This document shows positions 43,730 through 56,630 of a DNA stretch of 64,000 nt, one piece after another (position 1 is the first letter of the stretch; each line of letters begins with the position of its first letter). Source of the stretch: Eledone cirrhosa (taxonomy: Eukaryota); contig OZ024740.1 in the NCBI GenBank assembly GCA_964016885.1, forward strand, positions 352,656,001 to 352,720,000, given 5' to 3'. The position numbers were made by a program, and so were the translations under genes. A model generated the notes under the pieces. That model did not search any database. It saw only the letters and a list, made by a program, of their open reading frames with translations, and was not told where the DNA came from.

Positions 43730-46700
43730 AACGAATACTCACTGGAAAGTGTGGCGTAGTCCCAAATTTAGTGTCAAGGACTGTTCTCTGTAGGTCGGAA
43801 TATGTGAGTGATTCACCGCCTGGAGCCAGGCTGGTGTCTCTCTCCTTTTTCCAGGAACGCAGGAAACCGGGATGATGCTCACTTCAGCACCGGTGTCGAC
43901 CAGGAAACGCATGCCTGTGACGCGATCCTGAATAAAAAATAGGCGACTTTGGTTATGAGGGCCAGAAACGTCTGTCGCATTCAGTTTCTGGCAGTGTCGT
44001 TTCCCTGATTCGTTTTCGAAATAAATGAACAGGGATGGCTGCACTTTTGCGCTCGTCTCCCGAATCTTTGGTGGTACCAACACATTTCTGGTGAATCTCG
44101 AGATGCGCTCGGACTTCTTGAGCGACCACCAAATCGGCGAGTTCGACTGTTGGACCGACATGTGGCAGGGTTGCACAGTGACAAGGCCTGAATTTGTTGC
44201 GTCAAGGCCTGTATCTGTGTTGCTTGCTGTGCCAGTAACTGGTGTAGATCGGGCATCTCTGTGGCACTGGAGGGCTGAAGGAAAGGATTGGTGGAAGGCA
44301 CGGCTGGCGTCACATTCGCTATTTTTGAGTGCGGATGTGGTACCTCCATGATCTTATCTGCCAGCTCGGCGAGTTCTTCTATGGTGGTGGACTCCCTGGT
44401 GGATGCTAGTACAACTTGTGTGGCAGAAGGTAAACGCTGGAGGAAGAGTTGCTTGAAAATTTAATCCGGGAGCTTATGTTCACCCAGAAGCTGCTTCATT
44501 CTCCGTAGGAGTTGCGTCGGCTTTTTATCTCCTAATTCCTCAGATATGAGGAGGGGTGCAAACGCTTCTGCTGCGACTCCGATGTCCGCTTAACTAATGT
44601 TCTTTTAAATGTGTCATATGACACAGAGCCGGCTGGTGCTAAAATGAGGTCTCGAACCTCATTCATAATCTCCGGAGACATTGAACTGATGACATATGTG
44701 AGACGGGATGCCTCGCTAACGATCCGGTTCGATGCGAACTGCGCTTCGATGTGCGCGAACCACAGTGTTGGATCGTGCACCCAGAATGATGGAATCCTTA
44801 ATGTAAATGCCGCCCTGACTGCCATTTCTGCTGCTGATGAATCGTCGTGTGCTAGAGACATCGTTTGTAGTGAATGATCAGAAGGTTGTGTCTGTTTTAC
44901 GGGGTCACCAGTTGTAACGGAATATTATGTGTGGTTGTAACGACAAGTGGATGGATGGATGTAACTGTTGGTATGGTGGTTTCGGTGTAAAGAAAAATAC
45001 CAGGAGTGTTGTTACAAAGCTTATTTTATTACAACAATATTCAATTTGAATATTGAATGATAAAATAATTGACACAAAATATTCATACAATAATTTGGTG
45101 GCTCTTCGAGCCACGTAAATTCAAATATCACAGAATACGATTATAATATGTGTAAACAGAAATGAATGGTGCGTGTACAAATGCTGGACTCACTATGAAT
45201 GCGTGTGTGCGGCGTATCAGTATATTTACTTATTTGTATTGCAGGAGTCAGCGATCAGCCAGGAAGGTGAAAATAAATGGCAGACTGGTTTTTCGTGACG
45301 AGAGCTTGTAAAAACGTCTTGTCTTGTCTGTATCCACTTCTTTTCTGTTTTTGGCGTAAACAATCCCTGTCTTTATAAGAGTTGAAGTTAGAAGGATAGA
45401 TATATCCTCTGAACTTTGGTTAGTCTCCCAAGGGATTAGTTTGCCAAGCGTAAACAAGTCAGAAAGATGGATATATCCTCTGACTTATTTTCTGTCAGGC
45501 GTAAACACCTCTGACCTGTGTTTAGCTTCTCCCAAGGGGTTAGTCTCCTGAGCGTAAACAAGTTACCACGGCTTGTCCCAGAGGCGGGAAAGCTCAGATT
45601 CGGTTTCGAATCTTCGCCGCCGTTATACCTCGGACTTCTCCGGTTTGGATGTGAATATGACACTCGTCTCGTTTTGTAGCCTTCGTCAGAAATAGTTTGT
45701 TTTTCAGTTAACTGAGAAGGGTCACCAAATAAATTTCTCCTCCTGCGCTAAATGGATGTAATTGTAAACTTTTATTTATATCACCCGTGGTAACGCTACC
45801 AGTGTGTTGGTTTGCCTCAAAAAGTATTAGAGGTAGGCTCCCGCACTTCTTGTGGTGTGAGACCGATTGACACACTTAGTGTAACTTAATATTTTCTTTC
45901 GTTTTGATTCTATATTTTCATATGAAATATTTATGTAATTAAGTAATATAGATATATGTGTGTATGCGTTGCCTTTTGACAGCTATGGCATTTGTGTTTG
46001 TAATTACAAGCTATCTATATTGCCAACATATTTATTAGGGAAAAATGTGAAGTTTGCCATTATGTATTATAAGTTATATTATAGAAATCTATGTCCTTTT
46101 TATTGCCTCATTACAGGAATTACAGAATTTATCCCAAGAACACTCAAATTTGATTATTTTGAAATTAGGTGAGTTGACTAACATTTATTAGTTTATAGTT
46201 ATTCCAGTTGTGATCATCCCATCTTTGTAGGAGTTTGTAGGACTACATTTTGTAATGTCCTTCCTTTTTTTTTTTTTTAAACTTAGTAGGATATAATTTG
46301 ATGGAAATTTGGATTTTATCTTTTTTCGGGTTGAGCATCTGTGCTGAAGATGAATAATAATGATCCTTGAATAATAATTACTTCTGACATCTGACATCTG
46401 ACCCATGAATAATGATAACATACTTTAGTGTGTGAGTATTAATTTAGAGAGATTAGGGAAAAGAGCAATGGAAAGGTTAAGAATTCCTGAAGGTATTTTT
46501 TAACATTTGTGAAGTCAAATCATTAAATGAAGTTAACAGGTGAGAACTCCATAAACAGGTTAATATGAAATATCAAAATCTTGATTGAGCAGACCTATGA
46601 TCAAATGTATTCCAGCTATGACCACCTCACCTTATTTACAGAAAGGAGTGGTTTGAGAGAAGTTTTGTGGCTATTTCTAGCCAGGTCAGCAACTATATAG

Positions 46701-47789
46701 AAGACCCTTGTTGGCACATAAATTCTATAATCAAAAGCATTCTAGCCATGATCAGAGTATACCTATGATCAAATGTATTCTAACTATGACCACCTCACCT
46801 TATTTACAGTAAGGTGTGGTTTGAGGGAAATTTATCTTCAATTTTTATCCAGGTGAACAACCATATAGAGGACCATTGTTGGCACATATATACTATAATC
46901 AAAAGCATGCTAGCTTTGATCATCCTATCTTTTTCCTAGACACACTGTACCCCAAACCCCTTTCTAATATGATAATGTGTGGTAACAAATTGACAGAGTT
47001 ATTACAGCGCAAGAGAGAATGATTGTGGTAATTATTTCTGTTGAGTTCAAATCCTGCTGAAGTTAACTTTGCCATTCATCCCTTCAGAGTTGATAAATAA
47101 AATACCAGTCTAGTACTGGCCCTGTTTCTTTTCCCTTTCTCTTAAGAAGAAATTGACTGGTCAAACCTAGAGAGTGATTAGCTTGCCAGGTTTAGACACA
47201 CTGTATATCATAATGGAACTCCTATGATTCCATCAGTTGAGGGTTCAAGAAAGGACAAAAGGGGTATGTGATTTGAGGGAAATGACTGCTGTGGGTTGGT
47301 AAAGTTTTTAGAACATCAGACAAAAAACAAACTAAGATAAAGTCAAAAGTTGAGCATGCAACTTGGTTAAATAATATTAGATTGTGACATTTTCTTTGTT
47401 TTTATATTTTAGATGCTAATGATGAATCAACAATAAGAGCTGCATGACTGGATGTTGAGAAATATTTGGCAGATTCAGGTTTAACTGTTCTTTCTTAACA
47501 ATGCTGGTGTTAACTTCAAATTACCAATTGGTAAAATAAGTTCTGAAAGTATGATGCAGGCATACAAAACCAATGTCATAACACCATGCCTTTTAACTAA
47601 GGTATTTTACTTATTCTATGATTGCAAAAATTTACCTTCACAGCAATCATCATCATCATCGCCATCATCATCATAACCATCATCATCATCACCACCATCA
47701 CCACCATCATCATTATCATCACCATCATTACCACCAGCACCATCATCATCATCATCATCACCACCACCACCAACACCACTGACTATAAG

Positions 47790-49435
47790 GTGTATGCATC
47801 TCCAAGTCATTTAGGATTGGGAGGTGAAGTTTCTGTGCTACTTCGCAAAGGCCTGTACGCTATAAAATGGATAATCTTCCCAGGTCCAAAAAGTAAGTTT
47901 GTGGTGCTTGATGTGATCAGCAGTGAAGAAAATGCCTTCAATTTAATAGCCACCTATACTTTGACAAGGGTAGGAGGGTCAGATTTCTTCAGACGTCTAG
48001 AGACATTCCTAGGAACGTCACATTCTTTAGTGTTAGTGTGAGATTGAAATGGTATCTTGGATGTATGCTGGGAAAATGTGGGGCTGGCAGATAAGAAGGG
48101 GTAAAGGCCTACACATCTGCTCTGATAGGTACCAACTGAATTTCATAAATGTGCTAATGTGGACATGATCAAACCACATCAGGTCATCTAGATAGTATTT
48201 AGATTTGATATTCTATAGGGAAGTAGATATGGTTAACATAGGTTGTCCATAATTTAAAGTAGTCATCTATATAGACCACAAATTTGTGATCTGTAGTTGA
48301 CTTAGATAGGCTTCATAAACAGGGACCTGGTTCTTGGCACACAAAGCTTACTGAAACTAAATTATAGAATTAATTATATGGGTGTTGTTGAGTGCAATTG
48401 TCAACAACAAATGGTGGTTTGGACTGAAAAGAGCAATTACTGTAGAATTGATAAGATTTAGTAAAGGAGTTGCAATAGAGAAAACTAGACTTGAAAGAAA
48501 ACTAGTTAAAAAGCTAGAAGAGGCCCTTAACAATTGACATGCTTGCAGCGAGATTGGCTCTTGACCAATTCTTCAATACAAAGCATAATAGCTGCATTAT
48601 CAAAGCTATGTGCATGCTTTAAAACATGAGAGAATGAAAGCTATTCAATAGACAGAGGTGTAGCATGGCAGCAGAGCCATAAGTAGATCTTTGGTGGACC
48701 ATAACGAATGCATGTTACTTAATCCCAAGCAGGTGTGAGTGACTTTTCTGTGACACTTTATTCAACTGTTTGGAAGCAGTGGTAGGCTGGATCACAAGAT
48801 GAACTTCAGTGCCTACCTCGATGGCCTCCCACAACCCTTGAAGGTAAAGTGCTGTGAAAAGCCAATAACAGCTACTAAATTATGAGAGGTGATGGCTAGC
48901 TGCATGATGGTCTGCCCTACAAACTTTAAGCATACATGCCAGACCACTTAACAAACATCTACCACAACTGGCAACAGAACAGGGGGATTCCCAGTTTTGT
49001 GAGCTGAGGTTAAGTGTGCTGCTGAGAAAGAACTCAAACAAGGGAGATCATATTGATAATTCCAGTCCCATAACTCTGCTAAATGCAGAGTTCAAATTTT
49101 GGTCAATCTGTTAGCAAAGAGGTTGACACTTGTTATCAATGGTCTGGTAGGGGCAAAAGAGTGCAGACATGCACCATTCTGAACAGATCTATCTATGACA
49201 ACCTCCACGCTACATCATAAAAGAGGTAGTTGAGGAACCTAGCATGGGTAGAGCCATAATCAACTTAGATCAATCAAAAGCTTTCGATAAGGTCAACCAT
49301 TGCTACCTGGTGGTCGTCCTTAATGCAGCCGTTTTAGACCCATTTTCAGGATGAATTACAACATTTGCACAATGGTCTGAATGAATGCCCACCTATTAAA
49401 ATCATTCAATATCATGCACTCTGTCCACCAAGGTT
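47790..49435 (+). mobile_element. Degenerate L1/Tx1-clade LINE ORF2 in SDR2 intron 3
   Basis: APE-like GGEVSVLLRK...FFRRLETFL...LVLV; RT-like PITLLNAEFK and INLDQSKAFDKVNH. Preceded by a (CAT/CAC)n tract. Confidence 0.75.
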
Positions 49436-52180
49436 GGTAAGAGGTTCTGACCTTGAAATATTATGAAATACATAAGATAAAAACTATTGTATAATTTTGT
49501 TATTCTTATTTCACTCTGCTCTAGTTTCACTATTATATTTTCTATTCATATTGTACCAGCTTTGTCAATACATTCTTAACTATGTATCTCACAATGCTTC
49601 ATATAAACTATACTGGTATACATACATACATGCATGTCTGTATTTGTATTTTTTGCCAATGTTAGAGTTGTGCTCCCATGTCACTTTTACCATGGTAAAT
49701 GCAGTGAACAAATGATTGATCTGTTTCAGACAACCAATGATACTGTGTCTACAAAACAAGATAAAATATAAAATAAGTAATACTTTTCATTACTTTATTT
49801 ATCAGGAGTTCCGATCATTGTTGAGGTTGGCAGCTGATAAAGAAAAACCTTCAACATCTTTATCTTGCAATAGAGCTGCTGTAATTAACATGAGCAGTCT
49901 CATTGGATCAGTTACAACTACCAAACTTGGAACTGGATATTATGACTATGGAACATCTAAGGCAAGAACTTTCTTTCATATTTTTTTCTTTTATTGTATC
50001 TTTGCAAACAGATCATGCCTCCTGGATAAATACTACCTTTGGGCTTGTAGCTGCTTTTAGTAGAGGTTGCTCTGTTGCAAGTATTTTGACCAGATGTTCA
50101 GAAGGGGTTATCATGATCTCTTCAGTGCACTGAAACCCTCTACACTCCCCACATACCAAAAAATAATACTAAACCGGCTGGATAATTCTCTCGTATCTAT
50201 GGACTCCAATCCAAGCTAGACCCCAAATTTTATCTCATACTAAAACACAAACTACACATCCTATTCCACCCCAAGTCACAAAACCCTCATACTTATCTGT
50301 AGCTCATCTCTGTTGTCCAGGCTACACTCTGATACATCACTGAAAAAAGTGGTGACTGCACATACAGTTTCTACTCAACCTATCACTCACCTCTCTCACC
50401 TGGGTATAAACAACAAAGACTTCCAGTATACTTTGGTTCACCTCTAAATGTGTCTGCTTCCTCTACCATACTTTCAAATCCTCCAGCCATCAATAACTTT
50501 TCTATCTCATTTTTTCCCTGCTTGGAGGAAGACTGTTGTTGCACTCAACATTAACAAAGTTTTCAATTGAACCTAGCACATGAATCTTCTGAACAAATTG
50601 CCAGCTATTGCTCCATTCATCTCTCGCTCATTGGAACTATGGCTTCCTGTCATATTTCACCATTGCAGTGGATGCTGATGGAGTTATTTATGACCTGTAC
50701 TCTGTTGACCACATGCAGTCTAAGCCCTTCATATGAAATCTTCACTGATGCTATAAATAGTGAGATCAAAATCCTCCTCCAATGGTGATCATACCAATCT
50801 TGTCTCTTGAGATAGTTACCATTAGAAAGCAATCATAGGTCTGCTGAATCAGGGCAAACCTGGTGTTAAATGACAATGACAACAACAGAGAAGAGATGTT
50901 GTTGTTTAGTCCACAATGTGACAGATCTATGATTAAAGATGTTCCAGTCATGATCATCAATAAATATATCTTTCAGACAGCTTGAACTACATTATCTAAT
51001 GTATTCATCCTTTTTTAAAGATGGTAGGATGTGATTTAAAGGAGATTGAGCTGCTATATCTAGCATGATGCACAATGCCTTGGTTCATGGTATTTTATGT
51101 AGCTTTCAGTTATGAAATATTTATTAGAAATTAACTTTTTGAAACAAATATTAGTTTCATATAGATTTATTTGCATATTGTTTAATCAGCTATTGTAATT
51201 GTTTAAATGTCTAAAAACCTGAGATGAGTTGTTATTAATAAGATTAAAATTTTCTACGAGGGTGACAGTTCCAAATAAGAACTTACTCCTCAGACAATGA
51301 TAACCCATCCAACTGATACCAACATGGAAAGTGAATGTAAAATAATTGTTTCTACTTTAGGCACAAGGCCAGCAATTACCCAGTGCATTACTGGTACTTT
51401 ATTTTATCGACCCCGTAAGGATGAAAGGCAAAGTCAACCTCGGCGGGATTTGAACTCAGATCGTAAAGAGATGTAACTATGCTGGAAAGCATGGCGTCCG
51501 ACCCTCTACCGATACTGCCAATCCACCGCCCTGAATGTAAAATAATGATAATATATTTCATTTGTAAAGAAGAGGTTAATATGAAAAACCATTTATAATC
51601 TTACAAACCTTATAATTGTTATATTAATATTTTTTTCTGATTACTTTTCAGGCTGCTTTGAATATGGTAACAAAGAACTTCAGTGTGGAGTTTAAACGTG
51701 ACAAAATACTTTCTTTGGCCATAAACCCTGGATGGGTATCTACAGACATGGGAGGTCCAAAAGCCACTATGACACCTACACAGAGTGTTGAAGCAACACT
51801 AAGTTTACTAGCTAATGTAAAAAATGAACACAATGGCCTGTTTTTAGATTATAATGGCAAACATATACCATGGTAGATATGGCTGTTGATTGAGTTTTCA
51901 TTTGTTTTGTGGAAGTGTAGGATAGTTGTATAGGTATAAGCTAAAATAAGTAGATGAAAGAACAGATCCTTATGGCATAACAACGTGAAATTTTGAAAAA
52001 ATGCCTAGTGTTTCTAATATTTTGTGCTTCAAATGTTATGCACTTATGGAAAAAAAATGATAAAATTGAAATCATGGACAAGCTATAAGGATTCTTTAGA
52101 TTTTAACAACATTGTTACTTACAAGCAATTGTTGCAGCATTTTTTTACATTAGAATAATATATATATTATAATAATAATA

Positions 52181-52359
52181 ATGGTTTCTGATTTAGGCAC
52201 AAGGCCAGCAATTTTGATGGGACGGGAAAGTCGTTTAAATCAACCCCAGTGCGAGACTGGTACTTTATTTTATCGAGTACCAGTCTCACACTGGCATCGA
52301 TTTAATCGACTTTCTCTTCCCATCAAAATTGCTGGCCTTGTACGTAAATCAGAAACCAT
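52181..52359. repeat. Imperfect hairpin made of two inverted SINE 3' ends
   Basis: atggtttctgattta...gagactggtact pairs with agtaccagtctc...taaatcagaaaccat; (AAT)n on both sides. Confidence 0.8.
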
Positions 52360-53010
52360 AATAATAATAATAATAATGATTACTTTATTTTTAATAATAA
52401 TAATTGTCTCTACTTTAGGCACAAGGCCAGTGCATTACTGGTACTTTATTTCATCGACCCCGTAAGGATGAAAGGCAAAGTCAACCTCGGTGGGATTTGA
52501 ACTCAGATCGTAAAGGGATGTAACTATGCTGGAAAGCATGGTGTCCGACCCTCTACTGATACTGCCAATAATAATAATAATAATAGGTATAAATTGTAGC
52601 TGCAGTATAGCAGATACCACTCGAATGGCTTGAGGCAGTTACAAAGCAGTCTGTGCGAAAAGTTAATATATTTTCATCCAGAATAAACACAAAGTTAAGA
52701 GAGTGTGACACCAAGAATAAAGCAACAAATGCATGTGGTCATATTTATACCACAACAATGATAAATACAAATATATATATACATATATGTATGTGTGAGA
52801 AAATTTAATATTTTACAAATATGCTTCTTAGAAGTTGAAAAAGATCAATATATAAATGTTTTCTTTTTGTGCATATTGATAATTTAAGTTTTGTAAGGTT
52901 AAAACCCTTATAATGCTTAAATTTCCCCCTATTTTTTATATCATTTTGATTTTTATTCAAAACTGGAGGTAAAATGGCCAAGTGAATATATCAGACTATG
53001 ACTTGTGTGA

Positions 53011-53290
53011 TGGTGGAGGCACATGGCCTTGTGGTAAGAGCGTTGGACTTACGATCATAATGTCGTGGGTTCGATTCCTGGGCTGCGTGTTGTGTTCTTG
53101 AGCAAAACACTTCATTTCACGTTGCTCCAGTATACTCAGCTGAAAATGTGTTCCAGCAATAGCTGGAGGTTTAACCCTGCAATGGACTGGCATCCTGTCC
53201 AGGGGGGAGTCTTGTACTCTCAGTCACTTCACGCCATGAAACCGAGATAAGCACCGGCCAAATGAGCCTTCTGGCTTAAGACAGACTTCA
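53011..53290 (+). mobile_element. tRNA-derived SINE, second family
   Basis: A-box tggccttgtggt, B-box gggttcgattcc and body cttgagcaaaacacttcatttcac. Related heads at 57816-57950(+) and 59540-59655(-). Confidence 0.75.
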
Positions 53291-54289
53291 GACTTTTTTT
53301 TAGACTTGTGTGATGAATTCACATCTTGATGTAGACATTTCATTGTATTTATAGGCAGTATAGTTAATTAGTTGATGTGTTTGTTGCTGTTGCATAGCCT
53401 TAGTTATCATTGAATAAGCCAAGCTGTTCCACACAGGTGGTCACTCAATGCTGTTGTTTAACCACATCAGCCATGATCAAGCAAACCTATATATCAAAAG
53501 TGTTCTAACTGTCACAATCCTGCCTTTTTGTTTATCAGAAATGTCATTGTCTACACCCTTCAACTTTTAAATGGTTAGGTCCTATTAGAAGCATCCATCT
53601 GCCATATCATTTGTTGAGTGTTGCTTCTGATAGGACCCACTTGAAGATGCATATGAGAACATTGCCTCCACAATTATCTCAGGAATATGTGAGTGAAGAA
53701 GAAGAGTCTAATTTGAGGGACATCATATAAATTTGTGAAGTTCATTAAAAAGTTAACCAATGCAGACCACCTCAGGTTTTCTCAAACTGGATTTTATTTG
53801 TCATTTTTTTCTTTAACAATAAAACAATGAAAATAAACTTGTAGTACTTTGTTTTTGTATTTGTTTCACAAAGATCTTGATGTGAAACCAAGTGTTGAAA
53901 CATATTGTTATACTTGGGGAGGGGGGGGGGGGGTCATGCTGTCTATAAAAACAAACATACCAGTTAATTTTCACTTCGGTTTTATTATTAGTTAAGTAAC
54001 TGAGGGTGATGGATCGGCAGTATTGGTGGTGTTGGACATGCTTTGCAGCATATAGTTGCGTCCCTTTGTGCTCTGCATTCCAATTCTGCCAAGGTTAGCT
54101 TTGCCTTTCATCCTTACAGGAAAGTGACAGTTTGATGGCCTAGGACAACTGAGGTCTTCACAGCAGCTGGTGTGAAAAGGAAGCGATCTGTAAAAGCCCG
54201 GTATTTGGCCATTTTTATCTTTGCACTGTGTCCAGCAATGCCTGGGTTTGCAAACGAAGCATCAAGGCTAGGAGCAAAGAACAAGTAAG

Positions 54290-55150
54290 CATCTCAGATT
54301 AGGGATTTACCTCTTTTGAATGGAAAAAGAGTTATCTCGTCTGGGTGCTTACCGTCGCCATGATTGGGGCTAGCTGGCTCCAGTTGTGATGGGAAGCCAG
54401 ATTATGCCATTCATAGATTATGTCATTCAGAACTGCGTGTTGTGAGCACCGCCCTGCGTTGAGGCAGCAGTAGAGCGGGTGCAGACTGAACTTTCAACAA
54501 CAGCTTCACAATGCCATCTGTTCGACTCGCACAGACGAAATCTGAGGTGCTGGGCCATTTGGATGCGAGTGCACACGTCACCAAGAAGCGCACTGGTTGA
54601 TGAGGGCACCGAATTGAATTGTGCGTCACTGTTTGGCTATGAGGCGGAACAGCGTTTTTCCAAGGAAAGTTTGATCCTCTTGAAGGTTGACTTGCACTTG
54701 TTGTCCCAGTTGCGTTGGGTATCTACATATTGGGGGGCGGCAATAGACCGGAGCCGACTCCAGTTCGCGGGCAACGTCTGGATTTGCAACCTTGCGAAGG
54801 ATCTCGCTGATGAGAGTGAGGCTGGATGAGGATGCGAATAGGTAGGCCGGCAGTGCTAGATCCGAGGTGTGACGGAGGCCGATGCCACCAAATTTTACGT
54901 GGAGGCTCGCCTGTTTCCAGCCGGCAACGTGGTCTACCCCAAGAGCGAAGAGGGGACCCAATGGATCGCTCTGTTGAAGATGGTATGACCTTGTGCACAG
55001 AGACCTGTACGACAAGTAGACCAGTGGGTAGGCGAACCAGGAACGACTGCGACAAGCCTTGAGCATGTGATCACAACGCAGAGTTACTGAAATCACTCGG
55101 CGCAGGCTCGTAAGGACTGTCGTTGAAGATATTGGGGCTAAAGATATAAG
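54290..55150 (-). mobile_element. Deleted CRE-like non-LTR retrotransposon RT fragment
   Basis: QQSDPLGPLFALG and LHVKFGGIGLRHTSDLALPAYL. Confidence 0.72.
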
Positions 55151-56312
55151 CAAGAAAGAATACTACACAGGAGAAAGTTGCACAGGTATATTCAATTGCA
55201 ACGTAGATGTACAAATGTATTTTTTTTTTTTTTTAAGGTTATACCGTATAAACGATAGAAATAAATATACTTCTCTTCTAATTATAAAACCATCTTTCTT
55301 ATCAGTATTTATAGGTTTTGAGAATCTTTAAATTGTTATATAGAGCTAACTTTAATTTCACTGGCCGACTATATTTTTTGCAGTAACGTATAAAAAAAAC
55401 ATGTAAAAATAACAGCTTCTAAAATATATTACTGCGAAATATCAATAATTATACAACACCAAGGAATATGTTAAGCAATAGTAAATACAATTTTATGAAA
55501 AGTTCGAAAATTATGTAATCCGTCAAAGAAGAGCGGGGAATTTTAAATATGAAATGTATAATACTTATTTCAGTCGATAGAGCCATTAGCTTACGCAATT
55601 TTAAATTAATTAACTAGTTCTTATTTACTAACCACACTTAACATTATCATTCATACTTACTAAATTACTATTTTATTTGTATTTGTAAATAATTCTTTAT
55701 TTTTAAACTTAAACTGAAGACTTTGTTTACACTGCACTCCGATCCTTTTATATTCATTCCATTTTTTTTATTTTCAAAATTCGAGAGAGCACTGAACCAA
55801 ATTTATAAAGTACCTGAAAACTAACTGAGTGGTGAACAGTTAATTGTCTGCTCAGATTAACTATGAAGAAATACTTAGGGCATCCAGGGAAGAACACCAT
55901 TTTATTTAAATTAAATGTATTTATCATTAAAAGAAAATGCAGACTTTGTATATGGGGGAACTATAAACTTTTAAGTACTTAGAGCCTCCAAAAGACTTAA
56001 TTCGGCCCGGCACTGAATGTGGTTATGATATATTCTTTTAGTGGTTTTAGTCATTTGACTGCACTCATGCCGTGGCACTGCCTTGATTTAGTTGATCAAA
56101 TGGACCTCAGTACTGAGGTGTCAGGTGATGTCCATGAAGATGCCTCGTAATGCTGCGAGCGTGTTGGCTTTCCTGAGAGTATGCAGTTAACTCCTAAGGT
56201 GTGAGGTGCGGCCGATTATTACACTTGGTGATGCCCCCCCCCCCTTCCCTTCTTTCTTAATCATTTTTGTTCAATGAATTTATATTATTGTGTTATCATA
56301 CACGGTTTAGAC

Positions 56313-56630
56313 CAGGGGTGTGCAACATATTCCATTGGCGGGCCACTTTTGAACATTGAAACAACTATTAGGGCCATTAATATTTATTAAGCACTATTCC
56401 AAAGATTCCCCACAACTTCTTTCCATAACATGGAACTGAGAAATTATAACACATATAACCCTATCAGTGAAGCTCTTTAGTATAGGTCAACTAACAGAAA
56501 ATTGTATTACGGTTACGAAAAGATTCTAAATAAGCCTACAAGGTAAAAATTAAAAACGTTCATCGCGGGTCGCTCTGACTGGTCTGGCGGGCCGGATTAT
56601 GGATCGCGGGCCGCCTGTTGCACGCCCTTT
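56313..56630. mobile_element. hAT-type MITE
   Basis: TIR caggggtgtgcaac / gttgcacgcccttt; 8-bp TSD GTTTAGAC at 56305-56312 and 56631-56638; subterminal gcgggcc repeats. Confidence 0.8.

Larger units (their letters stand above)
39346..45627 (-). mobile_element. Gypsy/Ty3 LTR retrotransposon provirus in SDR2 intron 1, antisense to the gene
   Basis: LTRs at 39346-40055 and 44913-45627; TSD CCTC (39342-39345, 45628-45631); PBS 44900-44910; PPT ~40059-40069. Order gag - protease (LVDTGA) - RT (YIDD) - RNase H (TDAS) - integrase (HHCC, GPY), with frameshifts. Confidence 0.95.
38515..51876 (+). pseudogene. Second tandem C-factor-like SDR paralogue, disrupted as assembled
   Basis: Exons 38515-38652, 46117-46168, 47413-47601, 49806-49961 and 51652-51876. 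Motifs TGCNRGLG, YGTSK and INPGWVSTDMGG. In-frame TGA at 47445-47447; exon 3 is 189 nt against 188 in the paralogue (+1 near 47490); GC donor at 49962. Confidence 0.85.

Noticed and set aside
47445-47447. In-frame TGA in SDR2 as selenocysteine
   Set aside because: It aligns to a non-catalytic Lys in the paralogue, is followed by a frameshift, and I saw no SECIS element.
47597-47810. Met/Val-rich or Asp/Gly-rich ORFs
   Set aside because: (CAT/CAC)n trinucleotide repeat in an intron.
53011-53085. tRNA gene
   Set aside because: The A/B boxes continue into a repeated SINE body and no full cloverleaf is evident.
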